From Utricularia gibba (taxonomy: Eukaryota > Plantae > Magnoliophyta), in assembly GCA_002189035.1 (NCBI GenBank), contig CM007992.1:3784082-3848081 (forward strand): DNA of 64,000 nucleotides, in the 5' to 3' direction. Below, in pieces: positions 10,970 to 23,848 of this stretch (position 1 is the first letter of the stretch; each line of letters starts with the position of its first letter). The notes beneath the pieces are model-generated. The model did no database searches. It had not been told where the DNA came from and was given only the letters and a program-made list of their open reading frames with translations. Both the position numbers and the translations under genes were made by a program.

Positions 10970-12337
10970 TTACTCTTCACAGGGACTGCGGTGGGCTAGG
11001 CGTTGGATGGCGGCGCCTAGTCTTGTGGCGACCTCTATCCCCGTGGCATTGAATTCTTTCTCCATCTACAACAACCCGCGAGAGCAACATAGATTCGCCA
11101 CGGCGGCGCGTCACTGAGGTGGTGGTTGGGGAGGGGGTAACTTTTAGTTAACTTTACCTCGGCGTTGATGGTAATATCGAGGGCGAGACCACCCAAGGCA
11201 GTGAGATTGGCGGTGACCACCGCCAGATGGAGATCCTCCACCTCCCTCAGCAAATTCGCCAATACCCCTTTCTGAATCTCGCACTGGATCCTCACAACCA
11301 CCTCGTGCTCCTTGATCCTTGCCTCCACAGCCGGCAGCGCCTGCTCCTCCTCTTCTTCATTCATATCTTCGCGTCCCCTGTTTTTCCCAAATCCATCGAT
11401 TAGAGATTTTCTCACCAACACCCCCCAATCCCGCGACTGATTCTCTGCTTTTTCTTCCAATATTTGCACTTGCTCTTGGAGGTGCTTCAGGTAGTTGATT
11501 GTACTACCCAGTACCGAATTTTTATCCATCTGAAACAGTATCAGCGAATCAGGTAAAAGTGATAGATTTCATAGCATAAAGTGAACTTTTCGTAGGAGGC
11601 AAACAAACTTTCTTGATGCCGGGAACAATGGCGGAGAGAGCAGAGAAACGCTGGCCCAGCAGCTCCCGGCGCTTACGTTCAGCGATAATGTGGTCATATG
11701 TCTGCTCAGGAGGCCTGATTCTGCTGTTTTTCTTACCCGGAGGCGCGGTTGCGGCTTTCGGTAGATCCCCTCTCCCTGCAGTAGAACTGGAACACCTTAG
11801 TGCTTCTGAAACAGCAGCTTCCTCTTCTGGGGTCAACTCTCCTCTGGTTTGTCTCTTCTCACTGTTTTTTTGATCCCCATTCAGCTTCCCGAAGCTTATA
11901 ACTATCGGAGCAGAAGAACCTTTGCAGAGCTTCTTCCTTGTGCTACCAGAACTTTTCGTCTTCTTCGTTGGCTCAGGTGGAGCTGGAGCTGCTAAGGCTG
12001 CCTCTAAACTTCGCTGGAGATCCGCAAGCTCGTCTTCGTCGAACAAGTCATCCATGAAAACACAGGTTTCCTCCAGTCCCTGTAAACAAAAAAAAAAAAA
12101 AAAAAAACATAGAGCTGCTGGCGGTGATGAAATAATCGAAAGTAACGACGGAAGATGTGGAACTGGGTAATGGCGAATTCAACGAAAGGTTGATAAATAC
12201 CAATCTTTAATACAGCATATATGACGGCAATGAACAGTGAAGAGTTGTTCATTGCCACGCAGCCGAGATGCAGGAAGTGTGTGGCAGTTAGGTGATTGCT
12301 TTACCGTTTCAGATAGTGCGGAGGAATCCATCTCCAT
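10970..12337 (-). CDS. Intact clade IVa (bHLH18/25-like) bHLH transcription factor with ACT-like domain
   Basis: Four GT-AG exons (12337-12305, 12079-11609, 11529-11158, 11065-10970) give one open frame containing YDHIIAERKRRELLGQRFSALSAIVPGIKK|MDKNSVLGSTINYLKHLQEQV. Confidence 0.92.
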
Positions 12338-13040
12338 CTCCGCCCCCGTAACAGGAAGAGTTTCCTTTCCTGTCCACCGCCAGAAGGTAATGCTGCCCCA
12401 CGCTTGCGTCGTCAGTTACCCTCCGCCCGCCAGGAAGTCGTAATTTTATTTGCAAACGAAACGAAGCTGCAGAACCGTCGGCTGCGGTGAAAGGATAGAA
12501 GTAATGCTGGAAAAGCAGCATTTACGTGTTCTCTGGGTACCCCTGCTCTCAATTCCAGAAAAGCCCTCCGCATCCTAAGAATGACAAACACAATTCCCGA
12601 AATGCCCTCGGCGACAAACGACGGCTACCCCCCTACCCACCTCTACGTTTTCTCTGGCCCCCATCTCGTTTTATAATAATGCCTGCTTGCCTGCAGGAAT
12701 GTCTGCCGTCAAGAACACCGAGCCAAGCCAAGGTCCTTAGCCGGATCACGTGACCCGCGACTTTTGGTTGTGTGGCACCTACCGGCCCACCACAAACACT
12801 CAGTTGCCCAAATGTAGAATATTTTTTTAGATTGATTGATTACACACCGCCACCCAAGGCTTACATTGCCCAACAGAACAAACGTGGAATTCAGATTCTT
12901 AGTTGTTAGGTAGATGACAATTAGTGGGTAGTACTGCAGAGCATGTGAAGGGAGGAACGAGATGGCGCCATTGAAAAACGAAAAAAAAAAAAAAAAGGAA
13001 GCCTTGGGCTCAGTACACAGGGGGTCAGAGGTGGAGATAT

Positions 13041-13766
13041 TTAATAGGAGATGATCTTGAGAGTCAGGGCCTTTGGGAACCATAGGCGCCATTTGTTGTT
13101 TAGTTTCCCGGGGACGGTGATCATCGTTTTCGCCCTGCTTGCCTCCTCAGTCATTCGTGGTGCTTGCCTCTGCTTCTTGCAAAGAAGGAATTTCCGAGCT
13201 CCAGTGCAGTTGATTTGCTCCCATGATTTCATGGCTGCAAATCACGCCACCAACCGATCCCATACTATTAACACACCCACGTGTAGAGTTAACAAACAAA
13301 AGATTAACTAATGCTTTGTTGGTTTACCTTCGAATCCGGCGTCTACGGGGTAGAGATGAAAATCATCGGCGTTGGAGCCGAGAACGGGAAGGCGGCCCTC
13401 ACGCGCGTAATGCTTGAGAGCTTTGTAGATCACGGTCCGGGTGTCGTCATCTTTGTTGACAAGAAACTTGATCGGCCCGGTGCTGCCGAAAATTTCGACG
13501 ATGATCAAGAATCTGTTGCAGTTCTTGGAGTTGCTGGTAGCTTCGACTTCCTTGTTCCTCCTCGTGGCATCATGCAGGGACTTGGTCTTCCTCATCATCA
13601 TTATCATATTGCCGCCGGCCTCCACTCCCTTCCTCTCGTCCCTGCTCTTGCTCAGCGTCAGTTTCCTCTCCAGAGAAGCTCTCTTGGGATCCATGTACGA
13701 TGTTGCTGTCACGTGCCCCCCTGGGAGATGAGCCTTTGTCACTGGCACTGATGCCTGCCTCTTCAT
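13041..13766 (-). CDS. Uncharacterised plant protein, At4g22758-like
   Basis: Exons 13766-13328 and 13234-13041. Motif FLIIVEIFGSTGPIKFLV...IYKALKHYAREGRLPVLG...F.LY, then RKFLLCKK. Confidence 0.75.
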
Positions 13767-14506
13767 GTCTTGTGGGATGGAAGGGCTTTATATTCCACAA
13801 TCCACATAGAGGGCTCTGCCTAATCTATACCACCTCCCCCGAATATGATTCATACCTAGGAAATTACAAAAAAAGAAAACGAGTGGGAGTGCTTAGAGCT
13901 TTGACTTTTTGCATTCGATTACCGCCGTTGGTTTACTTTGCGGTTACAGGCGCGTTGACATGCGCATGATCCTGGAGTTAGGTTACTACTCACAAAGTAA
14001 AGGGGGAAAAAATAAATATCGGGGGTCTGTCGTTCATTGTGTAGAATTGTGGAGTTTTCAGTGTATGTCCAACTTCCACGCTCACGAGCAGAGAGATGTG
14101 TCATCGTACGTGACACCCTCAGACTACCTGATACCTGACGTCTGCTCTGCTGCTGCATGAGGCTACGTAGTCCTAGAAAAAGAGCCATGCATCAAAATGA
14201 AAATACTAATGTTTTCTGAGTCCCTATTCAGTGATCACATGCGCTTCATGGTAGTGAGTAGGGGGGGCCTCAGACTGAATCATGTGTCTCCCTAATTTAT
14301 GAAATGAAAACAAAAACTAGGGTTGAAGAAAGCTTGGAACCAACCAGCATTAAACAATGGTGTTAGCCCATCCCAGCTGACTTTCCGGCTTTTCTCTGAT
14401 AATCTAATCATTGCTGCAGGCCGCTGAGGGGAAGACAAACGCAACTGGGCAATCCAGAGGATTAGATTAGAGTAGATAGGCGCTGACTTGAGCAGACGGC
14501 TGCTAG

Positions 14507-16141
14507 CTATTCCACTATGAGTAGGTTGTTCTGCATCAAGCCCTCACCAACACAGGGGAGCTCCGGAGATAGTTGCCACTCCCCATCAACCAAAAACTTT
14601 ATCTCATACCTTAAGAAAGTAAAGAGATGTAATTTATTGGTTGATGAATTTCAATCCCTGCTATAATAATGTGTTACCACCTTCCAGGTCTCAACATCAG
14701 TGTAGTGGAAAACGTTGTGTATGCACCAGTGTACTCAGCGGAAAGACCTTCTCCTTCAGTCCAACCATTAAAAGAGCCCATCACTTGGACACTCTGAAAC
14801 TCAACATTCAAATTCCACTGGTAAGTCTTAAGGGCTACCCATACACCATGTACTTTACTAGTAAATCATCGTCAATTCAAGTATGAACGATGAATATGAA
14901 TTTCCCAACTTTAGGTTACCTCTGCTAAGCCATACCAAAACAAAGGAACCTGTTTTGATTCTGCTGCACCAATTTCCTTGATTTGTTCCTCCAATTTCCC
15001 TTGGACAGCTTTTTGCGCAGGGAAAATGAAAACAGTAACAAATTAATCTAGCACAGCATCTCAAATAATGCAGACATCTAGTGGATCTTGTCTTTCAATT
15101 TCTTTACCTTGCAGTCGCGAAAGAAGATGCATCTGGATGTATATCCCATTGATCTTTCTCGAAACATCTGGAATGCTATAGCTAGAGATCTCTTCTGCCA
15201 AAGTAACAAGAGCCTGGAGGTGGAAAATAAAGTACTTGGTTCTAATGTGAGTTTAATAGCTTAAATTTTGTGAGAGTATACGTTGCCAGTACCCGAATCT
15301 CACATTCTACCATTGCAATCTCTTTCTTGAAGTTAACCAAATCATCTTCCTTCGCTAGCAGCTTCATCCACAAATGTCCAACAATAATCCTCCACAAAAT
15401 CAATGATCCTCAAAAATATCCATAAGATCACAAAGTTCCCCTCGTAAATCATGGAGAGCAAACACCACCACGATTTATCAAAGAAAGGCACAATTTTAGA
15501 CCCAACCTGACGTTTTTGGAGCCGGTTTTTCTGATTTGCTTCACTGAGTTTCCTCAAAAGATTTGTTCTGTCTGAATCCAGAAGTAATGCCTTTAGCTGT
15601 TAACAAACAAACCATATCTGAACAACAAGAATGCTTTATCCATGGAAATCCCTAGAAAAAACCTAGAGATCAATAGCCCAAGTAACAGGAAAATCGACTA
15701 ACTGATTTACCAATAAAACATATACATCCAAGAGACCTACCTCGTCGCTACTTGGAGACCGTGGGAGGGGCTCCTCCAAGGAACTCTCATGATCGAAGTT
15801 ATCACGTTTACAGAATTTCTTTGACTGTAATGCAGAGAATTCCTCTTCCAAACTAAAGGGCTCACAAAACAATCTCCATCGCATATAGTAACCACACTTT
15901 CTACCGACCCAAAATGGGGCTATTCCTCTCCATTTAGAACAATTTGAAATGGCATGAGATTTATCGATTTTATTCGCATTCATCCTGCCCGGAGACAACA
16001 AAGATCGTTAATCTTTGGACGCCAAAAACTACCCATCAATTTACAGACAAGGTATTATAAATGTGTCTGCACAACAGAATAGCACCTTGTGGACAAGCTC
16101 GGGATGGAACTGGTAACTACGTTGCACTCCGCAAGAAACAT
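14507..16141 (-). CDS. PTST1: PROTEIN TARGETING TO STARCH 1 (coiled-coil plus CBM48), plastid
   Basis: Spliced exons give LKALLLDSDRTNLLRKLSEANQKNRLQKRQ, ALVTLAEEIS...SRKINGIYIQMHLLSRL, VPLFWYGLAESVQVMGSFNGW...LMLRPGRYEIKFLVDGEWQLSPE; stop TAG at 14507. The first coding exon 16141-16086 is inferred from splice phase. Confidence 0.9.
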
Positions 16142-16776
16142 TTCCTATAAACTTCAAATCATCATGGCGGAAAACGCATGGAGCAATAAAAGGCCAGAGA
16201 AAACAATTCGAAAATGCAGTAAAATCAAACCCTCCCACCACGCAAAAGCTTGAATCGTTAAAATTAACCAGCAAGACGTGCAAGATAAAGTAATCGATCG
16301 AAACAAAGAGATTCCGCAGATATGCAATGCAAGGACGAATCCAAACAAAGGAGCATTTGAATCCTGGATATCATTGAAAATAAACATTTACCCCAACTGA
16401 TCCTGACTCAGTCGGAAATCCTCTGAACTCTCCCGTTCCTAGCAACTGTAATTTCTTCAGAAAAATTTATCAAAATCTGCGCGCGGTTAACCGCAACTCC
16501 TCCCAAGTCGCAAGCAAGAAACAACGTATGATGTCCACTTGCGGGCCTCAAGCCCACATTCTGAATTGGAGTTTTGGGCCACTGGCCCTAACATGGATAG
16601 CATTCGACATTCACTGGTGCTGGTATACATAACCAGTTGCATTGTCCCGCGAACCTGGGTTTTTGATACATGAGTTTTCCCAATTTTTCTGGTTCTGTCT
16701 CCAGAGCACATTCCAGAACTCTCTGCTTTTGGCACGGAATTTGAGTTCTAGCAAGGAGGAGAATAAGCGATCAGAA

Positions 16777-19700
16777 ATGGACACAGATACAGCTGTACGG
16801 CTAGTGAAGAGCGGCGTTACTCTTCTTCTTCTTGACGTTCCTCAATGCACCCGCATTGGTGTTGACACACAGGTGAAATTATGTTCTTTTATTAAAGGTG
16901 GTGTTCCTGGAATCATCATATTTACGAGTATTGGCATTTTTTCAGGTGTTCTCAGCTGGTCCCAATTTCAAAGGTATCAAGATGATTCCGCCTGGCGTTC
17001 ATTTCGTCTACTACAGTTCTTCAGACAGGTTTCGGGTGTTTTCATTCTTTCGGCACCTTTGTGTCCCTTTATTGGAGCAAACTCATTATTTGATGATGAA
17101 ATTTCCATTTTCTTTTCTTTTTCTTGTTCTTTTTCCTTTTGTTTTGAAATATCCTGTTTCGCTTTTCTGATAAGTACCGCAATTCAGAACTAGATCTTTA
17201 TGGATAAGTTGTAGTGTTCTAAATTGAAGGAGATGAGTCTGCAGTATATTTTATTTGCTCATTCATATTGTGACATAATAATGCAGGGAAGGAAGTGCAT
17301 TTTCTACCGTCGTTGGTTTTTTCATGGATGCATCCCCTCAGAGGTCAATCTTTCAAAGTTTATTTTGTCGTATTTTCCCCTTTCTCACTGATCAACATTT
17401 TGGAATAGGTTGTTGTGCGGAAATGGGTTTCCCGAGAAGAGCGGTTTGTCAAGATTCCAGAAGAAGAGGTGAGCCTAGTGTAACGTCATGCATTAGCACA
17501 TAAGTTCGTAGCTGCGAAAAAAGCATGTTTGTAGATTATTATTGTTATAACCTGGTGACTCTTTCTGACTGCACCTAAAACTCTCAAGTTCATAAAGCGG
17601 TCATGATGAGAATTTTTTGTTACTTTATTCACAACTGGTTTGAAGTTTTTCATGCTGCCACCGCCCCCTTCTCCTTTTCTTTCATACAGGAAGAAAGATA
17701 TGCCAGTGCTGTGAGGGGATTTGAGTTTGATCGGCAACTTGGACCATATTCATTGAGTCAGTTTCTTGACTGGAAACATTTATCATGCTATATTACAAGG
17801 GATGCCATTGAACGCACTGGTAGACAGTTCTTTTTGAATTGCTGCATTTTTTAATTTTTGTTCTAAAACTTTTCAGTTTCCTCGCCTACATGATATTCTG
17901 CAAAAACATAAATTTTGTACTAAAGTAATTAGATGCTGGACACTTAGTAATCTAATCTCAATTTAAAATTTATGCTTTGTAGCATAAATTGATTGCCCTT
18001 ATTTTCGAAATTTGAAGTTAATTGCACGAAAGAAAAAGAGTGTGTAGGATCCATTTTTTTGTGTATGAATGACTTTTTTGTAGCTTTCTCTTTTTTTTTT
18101 CATGTGATTCAGTGTATTAATGACTTAGAGTATGTATAGCAGAACCCATTGGAGGAGAGATCACAATTTCCAGTGAAGCTCAAACTTTGGGAAAGATTGG
18201 TGGGACTGCAGCGGAGGAAGCGTTGGCTGCTCAGTTGGAGTCCAAGTTTTCGACGCCTGAAGAGAAGTCTGTGAGAAGGGGTTGTTTCTATGCCACAATT
18301 CCCCGTGTTGTCAAACACAAAGGAATTTCTTCTGAGGAGCTTACTATTTTGAATTTGGACAAAGTACATAGAAGAAGTTATTCATCAAATTTATGTATTT
18401 TTATTGTCCTTACTAAAACTCTCTATTTGCTAGTCCTATCTACTTGAAAGTGTTTTGATGAAAGAGTACAGAGGTGATGAGGGTGCACTTCTTGCAGAAT
18501 TCCAGTTCGCATTTGTTGCATTTTTGGTAATCTCTTCCACCCTTTTCTCTCGGGCCATACTTATGTGCATCATCTATTCATTTTATTTTTCTTGTTCAAA
18601 GGAAATATTTTTCAAATGGTCTTTCCATACAAAAGCCTAGATATTGATTGCATGCACTCACATGCAAAACTTGCATATTCTGCATATCAATGTCAACCCT
18701 TTACAAAACTTGCATGATTATGCAGATGGGCCAATCGCTGGAGGCATTTATGCAGTGGAAAAAATTATTAAACCTCTTATTGGGGTGTGCTGAAGCGGTG
18801 AGTAAATTGTGTTCTGCAAATCATCGATTGCGGCACTATGTTAGATAAGTTAATATTCTTTGTGGCATATTAGTCACTGATTCCATACACTTCTCTATTT
18901 TTCTTTTTTCGGTTTCCTTCTTGACGGATTCAAGACACTTATTGAGAACTTCTCTGTTTCACTTATCTTTGTTTCTATTTTTGCTTTCTTGCAGCCTCTA
19001 CAAACAAGGACTCGGCTGTTTTCCAAGGTTTTGAAATTTTCTTTTTTCCTGAACTTACATGTATTGAGATTTTTATCTATTAAAATGTTATTCGGTTCAC
19101 CGACTTGCTGCACTACGGTGTGGTTTTTTTGACGTTTATGCCAAAGACGTACCTGATTTCCAGATTTGTATTATGCGGTCATGTCGTCATGCTTCCTTGA
19201 CCTTTTCTTAATCTATTCGTTCTTTTTTAAAGATCTTCAAGTCATCTTTTGTCTTGATAATTTCTCTTGGACCTCTCTCCTGAACTTTTTATTTAATGTA
19301 GAAATTATTTGCAGTTTATTGAAGTAGTATATTATCAGTTGGAGTATGCATTTCAAAGCAATAAGAAAGATAGCAGTGTCGTGAGTGATGGATCATCCGT
19401 GTTACTGGATGAATCTTGGTTGTGTTCTGATAGCTTCCTGTGTCATCTATGCAAGGTAATCGTAATTCTTTTCCGTGTGTTTTCAAGTTTTGTTTTACAT
19501 TTTTAGTTCATTAGTAGCACTTCGAATTTAATACACTGGAAGGTATTTCTCATTCCAGGCTTGGAAGACTCTTCCTTCCTTGCCTAACAACTGCCTGCTG
19601 TGTTGGGATCTAAGTTGTAAATTAACGAATTAAATCCAGGACTTCATCTCGACTGTGGTGGAGGCTCCAGTGATCGATGGGGACCTTCTTTCTTGGGTAC

Positions 19701-19974
19701 GCACCACAAGTTTTGTCTGATTTGCAGAACTTCAAATAAGTTGTTTATGATGAATGCTAATCTTTTTTGAAATCGGGCTCACCTTCCCAAGACTCGAAAA
19801 CTCCAAGTGCTGCTCGATGAGTGTTTGGGATGGAATGTTCAACCGGATACGATTCATTTTGAAGAGGGTGACGAGGTATGCACGCCGCTGAATTCTGTTT
19901 TTTTAGTGATGTGCCTGTCATTTGTCTTTCAATTTGTGCAGTACGCTCCAGTGATAGAGAATTTAGATGACTAA
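16777..19974 (+). CDS. AAR2: AAR2 splicing factor (U5 snRNP assembly) homolog, multi-exon
   Basis: MDTDTAVRLVKSGVTLLLLDVPQ...GVDTQ|VFSAGPNFKGIKMIPPGVHFVYYS; FEFDRQLGPY; LLAEFQFAFVAFL; GQSLEAFMQWK; C-terminal DGDLLSW|TRKL...GW and EDE/GDE|YAPVIENLDD*. Confidence 0.92.
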
Positions 19975-20067
19975 GCAACAAAACACACGCCTCCTCAAGG
20001 ATGCGATCGCAAGGATAAAGGCCATTTCGTCTCTTGAGGAATGTATAAATAAATGGACATGTTTTTA

Positions 20068-21517
20068 TTAAACTTGGTGATACTTGTACTTTTGTCCAAG
20101 ATTAAATCTGTTGACGTTACTACTGAATCCTTCTAGTATGAGTGTCCTCAGGGCATCAACCCCTTGTTCTAGAGCAGCGTCCACCTGTGCAGGAAAGAGT
20201 AATTTCTCTGTACAAGAAAGGTTCCGATAATACTAAGGGGTACGGCATCAGTAGTAAGCAGGGCACCTGTTCTCTTTCGTTTGAGCTGAACTTCTGAAGA
20301 AGAAATGCCTTCATATCCATGGTACCCGGGGGGTTCCCTACGCCTTTCAGTATGAAAGATTGTGCTCAGATCCTGAATTGGGGAAAATTACGTGAAAAAG
20401 CATACCTATGCAAAGACGGGGGAAGCCACGATTACCATCCAAATGTCCCATGACGTTCTTGACTCTGTGAACATGTCTAGTACAATAAGCAATAATCTTA
20501 ATGCCTTCCACGAGCTTAAATCAAGGAACAAACCCATTATGATGACCGTGGCCTCCCCTAGGTTGAAGCCTTAGCACTCCATTCGGCAGGCTCATCTCAT
20601 CATAAATCTTCAGTGATAATCCAAAAGGCTGTTTTAATTCAATCCGCCATCGAAACATATAGGGGAGTAAGAGCTCACCAGCAGGATGTGACGAAGAGGC
20701 ACTCGATAATAGGCGGCAAGTGGCCCAACCTGGTAGACAAGACTCAACTCTGTGAGCGTATAATTCCCAGGATACAGTGACAGACAGCAAGGAAAATCCA
20801 AGTTTGTATCAAGCAACTTGATCTCAGACAACACGGAACATAAAAGAACAGCACACAGATAAGCATGGAAACCTGGAGACTGCCAGCATACGGAAACAAA
20901 ATGATAATTGAGGGAACACATAAACAGGCGAAAGGTAAAAACGGCCTACCGATTCACCAGTGAAATTCATATATGTCTGAGGTTTGGCCAGTAAAACCGG
21001 TACCTCTCCAATAGAACCTGCGCTGGTTGGGTCAAAACAGCATATAATCAATATAAGGTCATTGTGATGGAAAACTAGGCATAATTACTTATAAGTCCGA
21101 ACATCTTGGAATTGTTAGGAACTGAGTTAAGTGGATGTTTAACCACCTATACCAATCAACGCCTTGGATTGTATGGTATTCATCACAACCCCTCAGCCTG
21201 GGAGAAGCGGTCCACCATTTCAAATCCAACCTATTTCATTCAAAACAGGCTGATCAGAACTAAATGAAGTTACAGTCAACCTCAAGAACAAGATAAGCAC
21301 TGCAGTTACGTACATTGTGACGGGTTCCATGATACTTGTTGCCAGGATTTCCAAGGCCGACAATCAGCCAGGGGGTAAACTCTGTTTTGGCCCCACCGGG
21401 TTCCACCTTGGAACACCAGACCTGGAGCTTCGTAGAACCATAATTCCTTGGCCTTCTGCAGTCGGTACTAAAAACGTTGCTTGGGCAACTTCTAGGCAAA
21501 CAAACAGCGTAGAACAT
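20068..21517 (-). CDS. CRS2: CRS2-like chloroplast group II intron splicing facilitator (peptidyl-tRNA hydrolase fold); apparent 1-nt frameshift at 21189-21192
   Basis: EFTPWLIVGLGNPGNKYHGTRHN|VGFEM, LLAKPQTYMNFTGES|VGPLAAYYRVPLRHILL|IYDEMSLPNGVLRLQPRGGHGHHNG, and end FNLGQKYKYHQV*. A GGGG run needs five G to read EGVVMNT. Confidence 0.88.
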
Positions 21518-22375
21518 TGACCTATCACAGGAGCAATATGTGAGATATCTTAACTAGATTAAAGCTGCTAACTTTACTAAAATAAACAAATAACACGAGA
21601 ATATAATTACTAAGGGGCCCAGTTAAAGCTCTAATTCATCAACGGTATCCTGACAAGATATTTTTCTCCGGCAGTGCTGCCGAGCACAGAACATATCGTA
21701 AACATAGAACTATAAAAAGAGCAGGAACTGGAGGTGAAGCAGCTAACTTTATTTTTGAAAAAGGACCGAGGGAGAGCTACAGTGACACGGAAAAACGACA
21801 CAAAGCTCCGATATTCCACCAAAAAACCCGGAATTTCCTATAATCAGCAGGTAAGCGGTGTATATCACGATAAACATTGAAGATGGAGAGGCGTCAGATG
21901 AAGAACCTCTTGATGACGAGCTGCGGATTGGTTAGGACCCAAAAACCGCCGTAGATTGAAGTGAAGCCAACGTCTTGGTTGATACTGAACTCTGTCACAG
22001 TTATATGGGCCATAACTGGCCCAATCTGGGAGCCATTGTCATTTATTTATTCATGGGCTGGACATCGAAAGTCGTGGCCCACATCCGCAGGGAACTATTT
22101 GGGCTTGTTACAGCAACTCGCCTCTTAAACGGTAATTGGGAATCATTTCTTCATGGGCTGGGTAGTGAAAATCGAGGCCCAAAACTGCAAGCAACCATTT
22201 AGGCTTATTTTGTTTGTACGGCAGCTCCGCCTCTCACAGTTTATGGGATTCCTCGACTATGAAACCATAGGTCTACAACCAATGGCTGTTCTCCACCAAA
22301 ACTACATTGGCTCTCATTGCTTGCTTGCTTCTAACAGGTTCAAATTCCGATGAGGTGGGGCTCTGACCCCTGCTC

Positions 22376-23457
22376 TCATCTTTCGAATATGCCTTTCACA
22401 TACACCATGCCCTTCTCCCTCAGCATAAGCTCCTTCCTCATCTGCTCAACTTGCTCGTCGTCACCTTGAACGATGATCTCCGATAAGCTCCCATCGTCTC
22501 CGACCATCATTTTCACCTTTATCTGCTCCTTCCTCGAGGCTTTAGTCCAGTAGTAAACTCCTCTGTCAGTCATGCCAACATCATCCTTGTTAGTGAGAGT
22601 TTAATGCAATGAGAAACTAAAGATAAACTTACGCCAATGGGCCGAACGAAGTTAGCCAGAACCAGTTGTTTCCTATATCAGGGACTGTAATTGTGAGGAC
22701 AAGGGCGACACTTGCAAGGCTAATACAGGTGCAGAAAGTAAGCAGAGCTGCTTGGCCTCGGCTCGGAACCATCATCCCTTCAAATCTGAAACAATTGCCT
22801 ACAAATATCATTATGCTACTACATACACACCATTGCTGACAAGAATGCCACTATTGTTTTAGTTAAATTTCAACTACAACGCCTAAAGCTAAGTCTGATT
22901 TTGGTCCTGAAATTGTGCTGCAATTAATGGCTTACGTGATGGTCTCTCCCCTGCTGACAATAGAGAAGTTGCTACGAGTGAAAACGGATAGAATTTCCCC
23001 AGCCAGCTGGTTAGGCTCCTTCTTGAAATCTCCTTGTATAAATGTCTTCTGAACAACCTGAACCGACCAATATTCATGTCTCCAGTCCCGTAAAAGAAAG
23101 TGTTATCGTATATTAATCAAACTGGTGCGAAATGTGTGATGGTACCTTAGATTTAACAGAGCGCTTTATTAGGGACCAGACGCCAGGAACAGAGATGAGA
23201 AAGAGACCCAAAGACGTGTAATAACTGGCCAAGGAGTAACCAGCGGTTTCAGCTAGCAGAAAGAGTGAATTCTCAGGTAGATGCTGTTCTATAAAAGCTG
23301 AGGAAGTGGATACAACATCGTTCATTGAAGAAGGCATCTGAACCACAAATCTCCTCGGTTTGATAGACATTGAACCCCATGGGTGAACACGTTCTGGGTA
23401 TTGGCTGTAGGTCATGGGACGACAGAAGATGGGAGAAACCCAAAGCTTTGTCGCCAT
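22376..23457 (-). CDS. CCB1: Cofactor assembly of complex C subunit B CCB1 (cytochrome b6 heme ci assembly), plastid
   Basis: GYSLASYYTSLGLFLISVPGVWSLIKRSVKSK; MMVPSRGQAALLTFCTCISLASVALVL; end LREKGMVYVKGIFER*. Confidence 0.92.
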
Positions 23458-23848
23458 CGTTCCTGCGAGACTCCAGTTTTCAATCACCCATTTCAAAGTT
23501 GCAAATTTTCCAGAAAATTTAAACCTTTGCCCTTTCGCATCAGCAAGGAAAATATCCGAAGAAAAGGATATACCTACGAAATCCAAGCTCCGAATGAGGT
23601 AGTGACCGATGACAAAGCTCGCTGGCCGTTACCCAGCTCAGGGATTATTACAACACAACAGTGCAGCGTTATCCAGACGATGACTCACCACGTCCACAAA
23701 ATTCCAACCAAGCTCCCTACAAAAAAAACACATAAAAAAGAGAGACAGTTATTACCATTTGAACCTATTCAAACGTGAATTTAAGTTAGCTGTGAGCGTA
23801 ACATTGTAAGCAGACTGTAAAGTTTTACATTGTAATAGAAAAGGGTGA

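Noticed and set aside
22337-22348. GGTTCAAATTCC resembling a tRNA T-loop/B-box
   Set aside because: No A-box, acceptor stem or cloverleaf can be formed from the flanks; it lies at the CCB1 3-prime end.
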